From NCBI RefSeq assembly GCF_030144855.1, contig NC_082731.1:26846001-26910000 (forward strand): DNA of 64,000 nt, written 5' to 3'. The notes under the pieces were generated by a model. It did not search any database. It worked only from the letters and a program-made list of their open reading frames with translations, and was not told where the DNA came from. The first letter of the stretch is position 1; every line of letters starts with the position of its first letter. The position numbers were made by a program, and so were the translations under genes. Source of the stretch: Hypanus sabinus. Taxonomy: Eukaryota. Positions 50,001 through 62,074 of this stretch are shown here, piece after piece.

Positions 50001-50655
50001 GTACGTGTGGACAGAATTCAGTGTGAGTCCGATCTCAGTAACATGACATATTTATCACCATCCAGCAGGGTGATAGACTATAGAAAATGAGAACAGGAGT
50101 AGGTCATTGGGTCTCTTGATCTGCTCAACCATTCAGTCTGTTCTCAGCTGATCATCCAAATTCAATTCCTGTTCCTGCTTTCTCCAGATATCCTTTGAGC
50201 CATTCACATGAAGATGTATATACAATCCACTCGAGAATGTATTAGATGATAATTCTTCAAGTGCTTTCTTTGGGAGAGAGTTCCACAGGTTCTCACTCCC
50301 TCTCACACGTACACAGCTGAGACTGCCACCCCTGCTCCAGGGGAGATGGAACAAACAGCACAGGGTGATGCAAGTCCAGGGGCTGAGTTCCACTTTCTCT
50401 CGAGTTGCTGTGTTCAGCGACTCCCATTGATTGAACTGAATGGACTAACCTTGCTGGAAGCTGTAAAATGCAGCAGGTTCAAGATTTCCACTTCACAAAT
50501 CCCAATGTTGAGCAGAAAGGGAAAAGCCTTTAGTTTCAGATAAAGTGAAGTCTCTCAGATTTAGAAATTGTTCATGTTGGTAGAAGTCCAGAATGTGTTG
50601 GGTAAGGAGGGAATTATTGGAAGATTCATTCTAACTGAGATTCTCTCTGTTCCAG

Positions 50656-51041
50656 TGGCTGTTCTGACTCGTCCTCACGTCTACCTCCTCCCCCCTTCAT
50701 TGGATGAGGTAGACACCGATCAGACTGTGACCTTGATGTGCCTGGTCACCAAGTTCTCTCCTGCAGACATCTATGTGGCCTGGATGGCCAATGACACCCT
50801 TCTGAAGACAGGGTTTGTGAACCAGCCGGTGACCAAGGACCCCAGAAGAGGCTGGAACACAATGACCAGTCAGCTGAAGGTTTCTCCTGAGGAGTGGAAG
50901 AGCGGCACCACTTTCTCCTGTGTGGTGGGTCATGAGTCGCTCACAACCAACCTGTTCCGAAGCATCAATAAATCTCACAGCAAACCCACCCTGGTCAATG
51001 TCTCACTTGTTCTGACTGATAGTTTTAAATCTTGTGTGTAA
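50656..51041 (+). CDS. IgW: IgW constant exon CH6 with IgM/IgA-like secretory tailpiece (KPTLVNVSLVLTDSFKSCV*)
   Basis: TTCCAG acceptor; PHVYLLPP...TLMCLV...FSCVVGHESL; NVS sequon and penultimate Cys; TAA stop. Confidence 0.98.
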
Positions 51042-51335
51042 TACTGCATTATTCAATCCATGAAACCCTAGTTTTGTTAGTTTTATTGTTATTAATTATC
51101 AGAGAGGATTATTTAGCTGATTAAAACATGATTAAAATCTGGACCTTTCAAAATAATTAAGAATGAAATTAAGATCAAGAACCAAATTAAACTACAAACA
51201 TGATTTACCAAAAATCTCTGAGTTTGTGTGTACATTCTCAGACCTTCTTCTGCCATGTTTGAATGGATTTCAACCCTGTCTGGAACTGCCCAATGTATGA
51301 AATCTTTGTATCTGTCTATGTACTGATCCAAGTTC

Positions 51336-51341
51336 AATAAA
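51336..51341 (+). terminator. Candidate polyA signal for the long secreted form (ATTAAA also at 51120 and 51131)
   Basis: AATAAA ~295 nt after the stop codon. Confidence 0.5.
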
Positions 51342-51925
51342 TATAACTTGAAAATGTCTTGGTTGTGATTTTTGGAAATGGCAAATAAGGAACTTTCAAC
51401 ATGAGGTGTCGTTGGTGACCCACACAGTGAGAAATCGGTGTCTTTATATCTCTGGTGTCTAAACCCTTCCTGCATCAGCTGTAATCTAATGGTCAAAGAA
51501 ATTAGAACCTATGCTATCTGACAAAGAGTTGAGAGTTGAAACCACTTACCAAATGTCATATCTGTGTCAAATATGTCAGATTGCTGTTTGAGGGCTCCTT
51601 GTCCACACTAAGATTGCTGCTCCTCATCTGGTGCCTGTGTGTCACTAACTAAATGAAATGTATCATTGTTGGGAACTGCACTACTGCAAAGGCGCAGTTA
51701 AACCTCCATCTGTCATGGCAGACGGTTTGCATCTGTACTGAAGGGGGACTAATATCCTAGTGGGGAGGTTTGCTTGTGCTGCATGGTAGGGGTGGGGGCT
51801 GGTTAAACTAAAGTTGCTGGAGATGAGAACCAAAGTGCAGGAACAGATCGTGGAGAGGTTGTGGAGTCAGAGTTTGTTCAGACATCAGACAAAGTCAGGA
51901 AACAAAAAGTTGAGTGTGGTGTGAG

Positions 51926-52864
51926 TGTTATGTACCCCTAGATTTCATATTTTCTGTGGTCTATCACTTTAAAATGTTGGGGGAATGAGACTGGCTTTTG
52001 GACACTGTTTGGGCTGTTAGAAGAGAGAGAGGGAGGTGTCCATTGCAATGAGAGAGACAGAAATTGCTCGAAGGATTGATGTTATCGTTTCTGTACAAGT
52101 TGTTTACCTTGCCAAGGACATTTGCCTGCTTGCAAAGTCCTTGCAGAGAGAGGAGGGCGGTGCAGGTTGATGGACAGCCGGTGTCCAACATGTGGAGATA
52201 AGAACCAGGTCCACTGAGACACAGAGACACACAGTTTCGGACACTGAACGAGCTTTGTTGTGCCCACAGGAAGGTGGGGGTTTTTGGAGGATCGATTTGG
52301 GGAAATCGATCAGTGGCTCTAGCAGTGTGAAAAGGTGTGACCGGTGGGGAATCATTTGTGTGTCCACCCTTGCCTGGGTGATAATTCCATCACTGAAGAA
52401 TGGCCACATGTTATTATAGTCACAGTTGGTGACTTCTACAGGACTTCAGAGAACAACAGGGGTTTCTGAAGTCCACGGAAGACAACGGGAAGATTGACAG
52501 CATCACCTCTCTCTCTCTCCAATGCTACTCAAATAACTACCTCAAACTGAACTGAACTCTCTTCATCATCGTAAAACTCTATCTATTTACCCCAGGTTTG
52601 AAAGAGACNNNNNNNNNNNNNNNNNNNNNNNNNNNNNNNNNNNNNNNNNNNNNNNNNNNNNNNNNNNNNNNNNNNNNNNNNNNNNNNNNNNNNNNNNNNN
52701 NNNNNNNNNNNNNNNNNNNNNNNNNNNNNNNNNNNNNNNNNNNNAATATATCTGCATTTATAGTACTGTATTGCGTAGTTACTAATAAACATTATTAGTT
52801 TGGAGCAATACCAGACTCCAATGTGTTTTCCATTTCTGCTGGTTCTTTGACCCGTCACGTGACA
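51926..52864. mobile_element. Probable solo LTR nested in the CR1 (contains an assembly gap)
   Basis: TGTTA...TGACA termini, flanks GTGAG/GTGGG (near-TSD), AATAAA at 52784-52789; CR1 sequence resumes on both sides. Confidence 0.55.
52609..52744. other. Assembly gap (136 N)
   Basis: Run of N. Confidence 1.
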
Positions 52865-55754
52865 GTGGGTAATGTTCTGAGCTGCGTATATTTCAAAGCA
52901 AGTATTATTGTGGGAAAGGCAGTTGAGCTCAGGGCAGAACTCAACACAAGAAATTATGATATGGTGGCCATTGGTGAGACTTGGTTGTAGGAGAAGCAAG
53001 ACAGGCAGCTCAGTATTCTGGGGTTCGAATGTTTTAGACGTAACAGAGTGGGAGGGATTGAAGGTGGAGGTGTGGCATTACACATCAGTGAAATTGTCAC
53101 AGCAGTGTTCAATCAGGAAACTGGAGAACTCCTCTTCTGAGGCTTTACAGGTGGAAATGAGGAATAAGAAAGATATGGCCCTGTTAATGGGGCTATATTA
53201 TAAACTATCCTGCAGGATGTAGAGGTACAAATTGTGGGGAGATCACAGACTATTGCAAGAAACATAAGATTGTGACAGTAGGTGATTTCAACTTTCCACA
53301 TTTTGACTTGGACTCTCATACTACAAAAGGGATGGAGTTTGTCAAATGTATTCAGGAAAGTTTCCTTAATCAGTACATAGAAATCCCAACAGAGAGTGTG
53401 TGATACTTGATTTCTTATTCAATCTCTGATTAAGAAGTACAAGGAAGTGCTCAGCAGGTATAGGCAGGTAGGGACAAATGAGGTACTTATGGAGTATAAG
53501 AAATGTAAGGAAACACATAAGAAATAAATAAGAAAGGCTAAATGAAAGGACGAGGTAGTCCTAACAGACAAAGTGAAAGGGAATCCCAAAGGACTAGACA
53601 GATATGTCAAGAGCACAATGATTGCAAGGGAAAAAATTGGTTCTCCAGAAGATCAGAATGGTAATCTATGTGAAGTGCCAGAAGTGATGAGGAGATCAAT
53701 GGATTTTTTGCATCTGTATTTATTTAGGAGATGGACAGAGCGTCTATAGAAATGAGGCAAAACAGAAACAAGGACATGGACCCTTTACAGATTACAGAGG
53801 AGGAGGTTTATTGTCTTTAAGCAAATTAAGGATTATGGGGAGGGGGCGGGTGGCTAGCAGAGAAATTTAAAACATCTTTAGCACCAGGTGAGATACTGGA
53901 GAATAGCTGACGTTCCATAGTTTAAAAAAGGCAGTAAAAATAAACCAGGAAACATAGGGGAGTGAGCCTGACACCTGTAGTGGGAAGGCAATCGGAAGGT
54001 CTTCTAAGGGAGTGGATATATGTGTATTTGGATAGACATGGACAGATGAAGGATAGTCAGCATGGCTTTGTGTGTGTAGGGCACGTCTAACCAATCTTAT
54101 GGAGGTTATTGAGGAAGTTACGAGGAAAGTTGATGAAGGAAAGGCAGTGGATGTTATCTACATGGGCCTTAGCAAGGCATTTGACAAGATCCCAAATGGG
54201 AGGGTGATCAGGAAGGTTCAGTCGCATGGCATTCAAAATGCGGCAGCAAATTAGATTGAATATTGGCTTTGTGGGAGAAGCCGGAGAGTGATAGTAGACG
54301 GTTGCCTCTCGGAGTCGAGGCCTGTGACGAGTGGAATCTTGCAGTGATCAGTGATGGGTCCATTGTTGTTTGTTATCTGTATCAATGATCTGGATGATAA
54401 CATGGTTCACTGGATCAGCAAATTTGCAATTGACACCAAAATTGTGGCTGTTGTGGGCAGCAAGAAAGACTATCAGAGCTTGCAATGTGATCTGGAAAAT
54501 TTGGTAAAATAGTTTGAAAAATGGCTGATGGAATTTAATGCAGACAAGTGTGAGGTATTGCACTTTGGTAGGACCAGCTAAGGCAGGTCTTACACAGTGA
54601 ATGATAGGACAATGAGGTGTGCAGTAGAACAAAGGGATGTGGGAATACAGGTCCATAATTTATTGAAGATGGAGGTATAGCTAGATAGGATCATAATGAA
54701 ATATTTTGGCACATTGGCCTTCAGAAATCAAAGTACTGAGTACAGGAGATGGGATGCTATGTTCAAGGTGTATAAGACATTTGTGAGGCCGAATTTGAGT
54801 TGAATTGAATTTAATTAACTTTATTAATTACATCCTTGATATACATGCAGAATAAAAATCTTTAGCTGTTCAGTTTTGGTCTCTTACCTGTAGGAAATAT
54901 GTAAATAAGCTTGAAAGAGTACAAAGAAAGTTTAAAATGATGCTACCAGGACTGGAGAAATTGAGTTATCAGGAAAGATTACATAGGTTAGGCCTTTATT
55001 CCTTGGAACTTAGAAGACTGAGGAGAGATTTGATGGTGGTATGCAAAATTATCAGGAGTATAGATAGGATAAATGCAAGCAGGCTTTTTCCACTCAGGTT
55101 GGGTGGGACGAGAACTTGAGATCATGGGTTAAAGGTGAAATGTTTAAGGGAAACCTGAGGGGAAAATTCTTCACTCAGAGATTTGAGAGAGTGCGGAATG
55201 ATCTGCCAGAGCAAGTGGTGCTTGCAAGCTTGATTTCAATGTTTAAGAGAAGTTTGGATGGTTACATGGATGGGAGGGGTATGGAGGGCAATGGTCTGGG
55301 TGCAAGTCAATGGGACTTGGCAGTGTAAATGGCTTGGCACAGACCAGATGGGCCAAAGGGCCTGTTTCTGTGCTGTAACTTTCTGAGACTCAATGATTGT
55401 CAGACAATGACCAAGACCAGACCGTCTGCGTCTGCATTGAGTGCAGTTGAGAAGAATCCAGATTTCTGGACTCAAACATATCAAATGTAAAAGGGGCAGG
55501 AGAGGGTCAATGTTGAGAGCATTTCACCTGTCACCGAGCAATGAACAAAGAGACAGAGTTACAAGGTAAGGGGCAGGACATTTAAAACTGCAATGCAGAG
55601 AAATTTCTTCCCTCAGAGGGAATGAAGAAATCGCAGCCCAGAGGATGGAATCTGATGGTTTGCACTTTCTCCTGTTTTCGGCTTGTGAGTTGAGTGGAGA
55701 CAGAGACAGAGAGAATTGGAAGAAGAGATAAAGGATGAGATCAGAACTGTGCAA

Positions 55755-57960
55755 ATAAAGAAATAGGTGTGTTGGACCTAGGATCGATCTTCAAAGATTT
55801 TGACACCCAGGAACCAGAAACTGCTCACCCTTTCCACTGCTGATCCTTCAATGAAGACTGATGTGTGTTCCCATGACTTCCCCTTCCTGAAGTTTACAAT
55901 CAATTACTTCATCTTACTAATATTGAATGTAAGGTTTTGTTGCAACACCATTTACCCAGCTGATCTATCCTGCTCTTGTGTGCCTCCTCATCACCCTGAA
56001 ATTCTGCCCACAACAGTTCATCAGCAAATTTATAAATGCCACTTGAGCTGTACCTAGCCACACAGTCGTGTGTGCAGAGAGAGTAGAACAGTCGGTTAAG
56101 CACACATCCCTGAGGTTCACTAGTGTTGATTGTCAGTGAGGAGAAGATGCTCCTGTGGTCTACCAGTGAGGATGTCAAGGATCCAGTTGTGGAGAAGAGG
56201 TCTCGAGGCCCAGGTTTTGGAGTTTGTTGATTAGAACTGAGGGTATGATTGAGTTGAATGCTGAGCTGTATTCAGAAAACAACATCCTGACATACAGCAG
56301 GTATTGTTACTGTCCAGGTGATCCAAGGTCTAGCCACTGGAAAGCCAGTGAGATTCCATCTGCTATAGACCTATTCTGGCAATAGGCAAATTGCAGTGGG
56401 TCCAGGTCCTTTCTTAGGCAGGAGTTGTTTCTGGCCATTACTCAAAGCATTTCATTAAAGTAGATGTGGGTGCAACTGTGCAATAGTCAATGAGGCAGCT
56501 ACCCTGCTCTTCTTGGGCACTGGTATGATTCTCACTCTTTTGAAACAGGTGGAACCTCTGACTGCAGCAGTGAGATATTGAAGATGTCCTTGAACACTCC
56601 CAATAGTTGGCTGGCACAGGTTTTCAATTCCCTACGAGGTACACCATCAGGGCCTGATTCCTTATGAGGGTTCACCCTCTTGATAGCTGTTTTGCCGTTG
56701 GTGGCCAAGTCAGAGATGACAGGGTCACCAGACACTGCTGGGATTTGCCCACATGTAGTTTTATTCTCCCTTTCAAAGTGTGCTTACATGGCATTGAGCT
56801 CATCTGGGAATGAAGCGTCACTGCCATTCATGTTGTTGGGTTTCACCTTGTAGGAAATAATGGCCTGAAAACTTTGCCAGAACTGAAGGGGATCTGATTC
56901 CTTCTCTAAGCTCAATTGGAATTGTTCAAAGGTTCATTTATTATCAAAGCCTGTATCCACATAAAACTTGAAATTTGTCTTCTCCAGATAGCCACTAAAA
57001 CAAGAAAGAATATGAAAGTTGTTCAGACAGAAACATCAAACACACCCTTTCCCCTCCATGACCAACAAAAACAACATCCCAATAATCAATCCCTCACCCC
57101 AATATCCCTCTCTCCCTTCACAAAATGGAGCAGGAACATAACCCTCAAAAAAACAACTCCTCCCCTGCACAAACAACTAACAGAACACCAACCCCCAAAC
57201 AGCTTGCCCTCGTACAACAAACGGAAAAGGAATGGGCGATAAAAAACACAGAATGTAAAATGATAAGTCTGAAAATGTCCACAGTCCATAAACACAATAG
57301 TCCAATCCATAAACACAGAACTATAATACCATCTCCGATATCACCGACATTCATCAAAAGAGCAGAGAGGGACACCACACGAGGCAGAGAGGCTGACCCG
57401 CCTGTCACAGCGAGCCACACAGCAACGGGCAGCTCACAGGGCTTCTTGTCTAATGCAGGATCACCAGCCTAGACTGCCACAGATCGAGCCCTCAGCAGAC
57501 TAAAAATCTCCTGGTCCATCCACGACTTTTTCTTTGGGTATGTTCTCGAAAGGACACGCTCATCCACACAGGTCTTGATGAAGTTGGTGATCACTGTGGC
57601 ATACTCATTCCGATTTGAAAATAAGTCTCTGTATATTGCCCAGTTCACCAAATCAAAAGTCCAGTAAGCATAATTCTGCCTTCCTTGACGATATCTTCTT
57701 GGTCCTCACTACCATCACTGTGGTCTTTAGTCTCTGCCTATTTGCCTGGAGTTGAAGTACAGTCAGTTGATCACGCTTACCAAAGTGTGCCCATGGGCTG
57801 ACACGGTAACCATTGTTGATGGTGGTATAACAGTGGTTAAGTGTTGGCTCCTCTGTTTCCACAGGTGATATGTTAGTGGATATTGTTCAGAGACTTCCTC
57901 GAGATGTCCTGGTTTGAATCCAGGTGTGCTATTTCATGTTTACTGACCATGGTGCTCAGC
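55755..57960 (-). mobile_element. Rex1/Babar-like LINE ORF fragments (with an unrelated insertion at ~56920-57460)
   Basis: Minus-strand ORFs contain PQGCVL...YSLCTHDCVA...IYKFAD and VNPHKESGPDGVP. Confidence 0.75.
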
Positions 57961-58868
57961 TCTTCCAGTGACTACACAATGCTGACCTGAGGTGGCTGCC
58001 CCCACATCATGCCAGGATCTGCTGTACACTAATGGACTGAAATTGTTTACAGTCATTCATCAACAACTCCATTATCACTGTGTCACGTATCAGCAGACTG
58101 AATCCAGCAGCATTTAATCATGAGCAGTGTTCTGCAGTGATCTTTGTTGGCCCTGCAACTATTCACTGATATTACTAATGATGTGGATGATGGGACACAA
58201 AACCATGTCTATTAGTGTCCAGCAAATGAAAAACAGTCTCCACAGAAAATAGAATGGCAGAGAGGTTTAAAGTGTAGAGATGGAAATAGATGAAGTGAAC
58301 AGGACAACTGTAACAAAGCGAGATCATTGACTGCAGCAGACAGGTTACAGAGATGAAAGGAGAGATTTTTCATGGGAGATCTGAAAGTCAGCATCAGAAT
58401 TTTCAATCTGGAGGAATCTCAGGCTCAGTCTGAACAGATATGAGGCAGCTCTTTGATTCAGGTCACTGTCACAAATGGATCTACAGACTCTCACATGCGC
58501 CGAGAAGGAAGATTGCAGGAAATGTTGTCTCTGATGAGAAACTGCATCTCTCATTGCAATTCACAGCTCCAATAGCATATTTCATTGGCATTCCAGCAGC
58601 TAACTGTCACGTAGCTGGCCAACTGTCCTGCAGTCCCTGTTGTGACCTGAAAAGGTCCCGAGGAAATAAGCTCCTTGATGTTTGATTTTGTTTTCTCAGT
58701 CAAAGGTTGTAAGCAGAGATGAGCAACCCACTCTGCAAACAAACCTGATTTCATTCCAATGTACAATTCTGTACAAATTGAGCTTCAGGATAAGTCTGAG
58801 CTGAAGTTGTCAAGCCAGCTGACAGCAGATATTGTCCAGTTTGTAAATTTTCTATTTCTCATCTACAG

Positions 58869-59171
58869 AGTTGTCTGTCTTTATCCAAAATCCCTCCATT
58901 GAAGAGATGTGGATCAACCAGACCGCTACTCTGGTGTGTATGATTATGGGTGCTGATCTGAGCCAGGTCCAAATCGACTGGCAGGTGAATGAGGGGGAGA
59001 AAATCAAAGCAAACATGACCAAAAAACTGAGAGAGGAAAGAACCCGAGGCACAGTGATCAGCCAACTCCAGCTCAGTGTGGAGGAGTGGGCCAGTGGGGT
59101 GGAGTACACTTGCTCTGCCCAACAACCTTCTTCAACCTCACCAGTATCAGCACGGACAAAAAGTACCAAAG
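58869..59171 (+). CDS. IgW: IgW duplicated constant exon CH3' (CH7), intact
   Basis: CTACAG acceptor and GTGGGC donor, 303 nt (same as CH3); 55/101 aa identical to CH3; both Cys and Trp retained. Confidence 0.95.
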
Positions 59172-59260
59172 GTGGGCAAGAGGTCAGCGATTAAAATGGA
59201 CAACATTGGTTACCTCAGTAAAAATGTTTGACATTTCCATTGTTTGCCCATCAGTTCCAG

Positions 59261-59578
59261 TGGAGACAAAAGGTCCCAAAGTCAGACTGCTGCCACCACC
59301 AGAGGGAGAGACCAAGAGTGGGAACACGGTCACCCTCGAGTGTGTTGCCTCTGGATTCTACCCAAACCAAATAACCATCATCTGGGAGAAAGGGGACTCT
59401 CTGATCTCTTCCAACATCAGTGTGAGACCAGCTGCTCTGGAACAGGCGGGGACTTTCATTGTCAGCTACATCCTGACCGTGCGCACAGAGGAGTGGAAGG
59501 ACGGCTCAGTTTTCAGATGCACAGTGTCTCATCCCCCCTCCAACACCAGCGTCAGGCAGGATGTGAAAAACATTCAAG
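59261..59578 (+). CDS. IgW: IgW duplicated constant exon CH4' (CH8), intact
   Basis: 89-bp intron homologous to the CH3-CH4 intron; TTCCAG acceptor and GTATGA donor, 318 nt; 60/106 aa identical to CH4. Confidence 0.95.
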
Positions 59579-60091
59579 GTATGATTCTGAGATTCACTCC
59601 ACTGTTGACATCCTCTGCCACAGCCACAACCCAGGGCCAAGCAAGGTCAATAGGTAACGGCAAGTGTGGCATTGTTGTAGTTATGTGAGTGGATTAATAA
59701 TGCAGAGGCAGAGAGTGGGAAAGAATCAGAGTTCATCCGATGCTTTTAAAACGTGACTCACTTCCAAACTACCAACACAAGGTCTGTCTGTCCATCAGTA
59801 AGTGCCCATCTGGGTCCCTCTGTCGCATCTGAGACAGATGTGTGAGAGTGCTGCACTCATTCAGTACTAGTACCAGGATTAATGACCAACAGTCTGTTCC
59901 CGAGCCTCAGGACAATGGCGTGAACACACAACCAGAGGTGACTGTGCCAGATTCTAGTTTGAGATTGCAAACTTTTTCCCTGATGTTCTTTGGTGAAGTA
60001 CAGTGATCTTCCTACCCACTTTACACATATCCATCAGTCCCACACCAAACTCTTCACTACTCTGTGATTGGTCGGCTGGAGCAGAGCAAGG

Positions 60092-60345
60092 AATGCCGGC
60101 CTTGTCAGTGAGGGAATGATGAAATAATAATTGCAGGATCAATGTTTGCACACCAGCGTCTCGGAAACGTGAGGCAAGTCTATCTGTCAGCAGAATTGGA
60201 GGAACTGAGTTCCACTGGAGCAGGCATTGTGGAATGTAACTGGACACCAGACAGTTGCTGAGTTCCAGTTAACCAGAGAGATGCACAGAACTAGTGCTGA
60301 AGCAATGGTACAGAGTACACTTGTGATGCTATCGCAACATTATCC
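60092..60345 (+). pseudogene. Relic of the duplicated CH5 acceptor region and a possible decayed CH5' exon
   Basis: 60092-60111 and 60112-60133 match the pre-CH5 intron (18/20 and 21/22). The acceptor is lost; only fragmentary Ig-like motifs follow (SLSVS..GTEFH, SNGTEYTC). Confidence 0.45.
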
Positions 60346-61745
60346 ATTTCTCTGTCCTTAAATGTTCTCTAACCTGCTGAACACTTTCCGCAATTTCCCT
60401 TCTGTTTCCAAAAGTAAAAACCTTTTCATTTTAGATGCAGAGAGATCACTAGTGGTCTAAACATTGGCCTGGATGGTGGAAGAGCAGAATATTTCCGGTA
60501 AACATCATATATTAAAAAAATCCCAAAAGTTACACTCTAAAGTTACCCTTCTCCACCAGATGAGATGGAAAGAAGTTGGGTCACTGGGTTCTCTGCAACA
60601 GAGATTCCCATGGACAGAGTGGCTGACAGCTTCAATTGTCAACCTTCAATTGATGGTTGATCCTACAACAGTGTGGTTCACATCATTGAAACAAGCAAGA
60701 CTACCTGCAAGTCCTTTCTCATTAGCTCAAAATGGAAATATGTATTTCATGATTAAATACATCAAAATAAATTACCAACATTTCTGAGATCCTGCAGTTT
60801 GATTTAAATTGCCAGTGTCAGGTCTGATCCTGTTGGAAACTTGTGTAGACTACTTGAGAGGTTAAATGTCAGCCTGTGTTTGTGTAATCAAAGTTCAATA
60901 AAGAAGATATGGAAAGCATTCGGCTGCCAGTGTTCTGTGCCGGTATTTTGGGATACAATGTGTGACTTAAACATGAGGGGTGGGAAGTGTTGCCTGGTTG
61001 GTTCTGTTCTTCACTGTATAAGCAGATAAACAGACATTCAAGTAAATATAGGTATATGTGTATTGTAGTTTCCACTGTGAAAATGATAGAACATTCTGAA
61101 GTTCTACAGTTGAACTGATAGAACATTTGGTCCACAGTTTCAAATATACAAAGTTAATTGACAGAGAAGGTATTTTATCAACTTTGTGAAGGCATTTGGT
61201 GAACTCATTCAGAAAGTGGAGAGTTGCAGAAAGAAGGGACAATATGTAGCTAGTGATTACCTGGGACCTGCAGCAATGTGTTGAGTGCTGACACTGTTCA
61301 CTAGATTTATTCATGGTTGCGATATTGGGCAGAAACACCCATGAACAACTTTGCCACTCACTCAAGGCTGGCAGATCTGTCAGCAGTCTGAAAGGCTTTA
61401 ACTGCAGGGATGATAATCGATGAAATGAATAACCAACTCCAGGTCTTTGAACAAACTGTCTTGGAGGGACTGCTGAACATACATGCACTCCCCAGTGGAA
61501 ATTATAAGTTGGGATGATGGTTAATGAATGCTATGTGAAGCTCTTGTTCATATTTTTAGCAGAGTGAAAATAGTCGATTCGGAGAAACTACTTCATTTCA
61601 TTCTGTCCAGGGGCTCCCAGGTTACAAGCGACATGCTGTGAGGAAACATGACTCAAGTCATCAAGTTTACTCAAGTTTATTGCCATTTTGATCTTCATGA
61701 AACATTGACAAGAAACTAACTCTCTCACTTTCTCAATTCTTTCAG

Positions 61746-61888
61746 AAATCTGCACAGACTTGACAGGAGAGGAGGGGAAGGAAGAACAGGGACACGTGGA
61801 TGGAGATGACAATGTGCCTACAGTTGCTGCCTTTGCCATTCTGTTCATCATCAGTTTCCTCTACAGCACCTTTGTCACTGTTGTCAAG
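61746..61888 (+). CDS. IgW: IgW transmembrane exon TM1 (EICTDLTGEEGKEEQGHVDGDDNVPTVAAFAILFIISFLYSTFVTVVK)
   Basis: TTCTTTCAG phase-1 acceptor; acidic spacer; Ig TM motif F..LF..S..YST.VT..K; donor GTAACT after Lys. Confidence 0.96.
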
Positions 61889-62074
61889 GTAACTAATTGA
61901 CAAACGGAGGAATCCCATGAAACCCAAACTTTCACCTTCCCTATCTCGACACATTGCATTCTCTGACACTGCAACCCCAACGACAGCACAATCAACAGAC
62001 AATGCAGTCTGAGGCCCCTCGCAACCCATGGGACTTTACACCTTTCCTCTTTACTCCGAGCCTCTGGGCCTTGA

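Larger units (their letters stand above)
51670..55390 (+). mobile_element. Decayed CR1 LINE (ORF1 end, endonuclease, RT, 3'UTR) in the CH6-CH3' intron
   Basis: VDVIYMGLSKAFDKIP (54072-54254); LYSLELRRLRRDL (54937-55119); CR1 3' tail at ~55390. Confidence 0.85.

Noticed and set aside
59579-59688. CH4' (and CH4) intron read-through as secretory tails
   Set aside because: Strong donors, no polyA signal and no tailpiece features; stop distance is compatible with chance.
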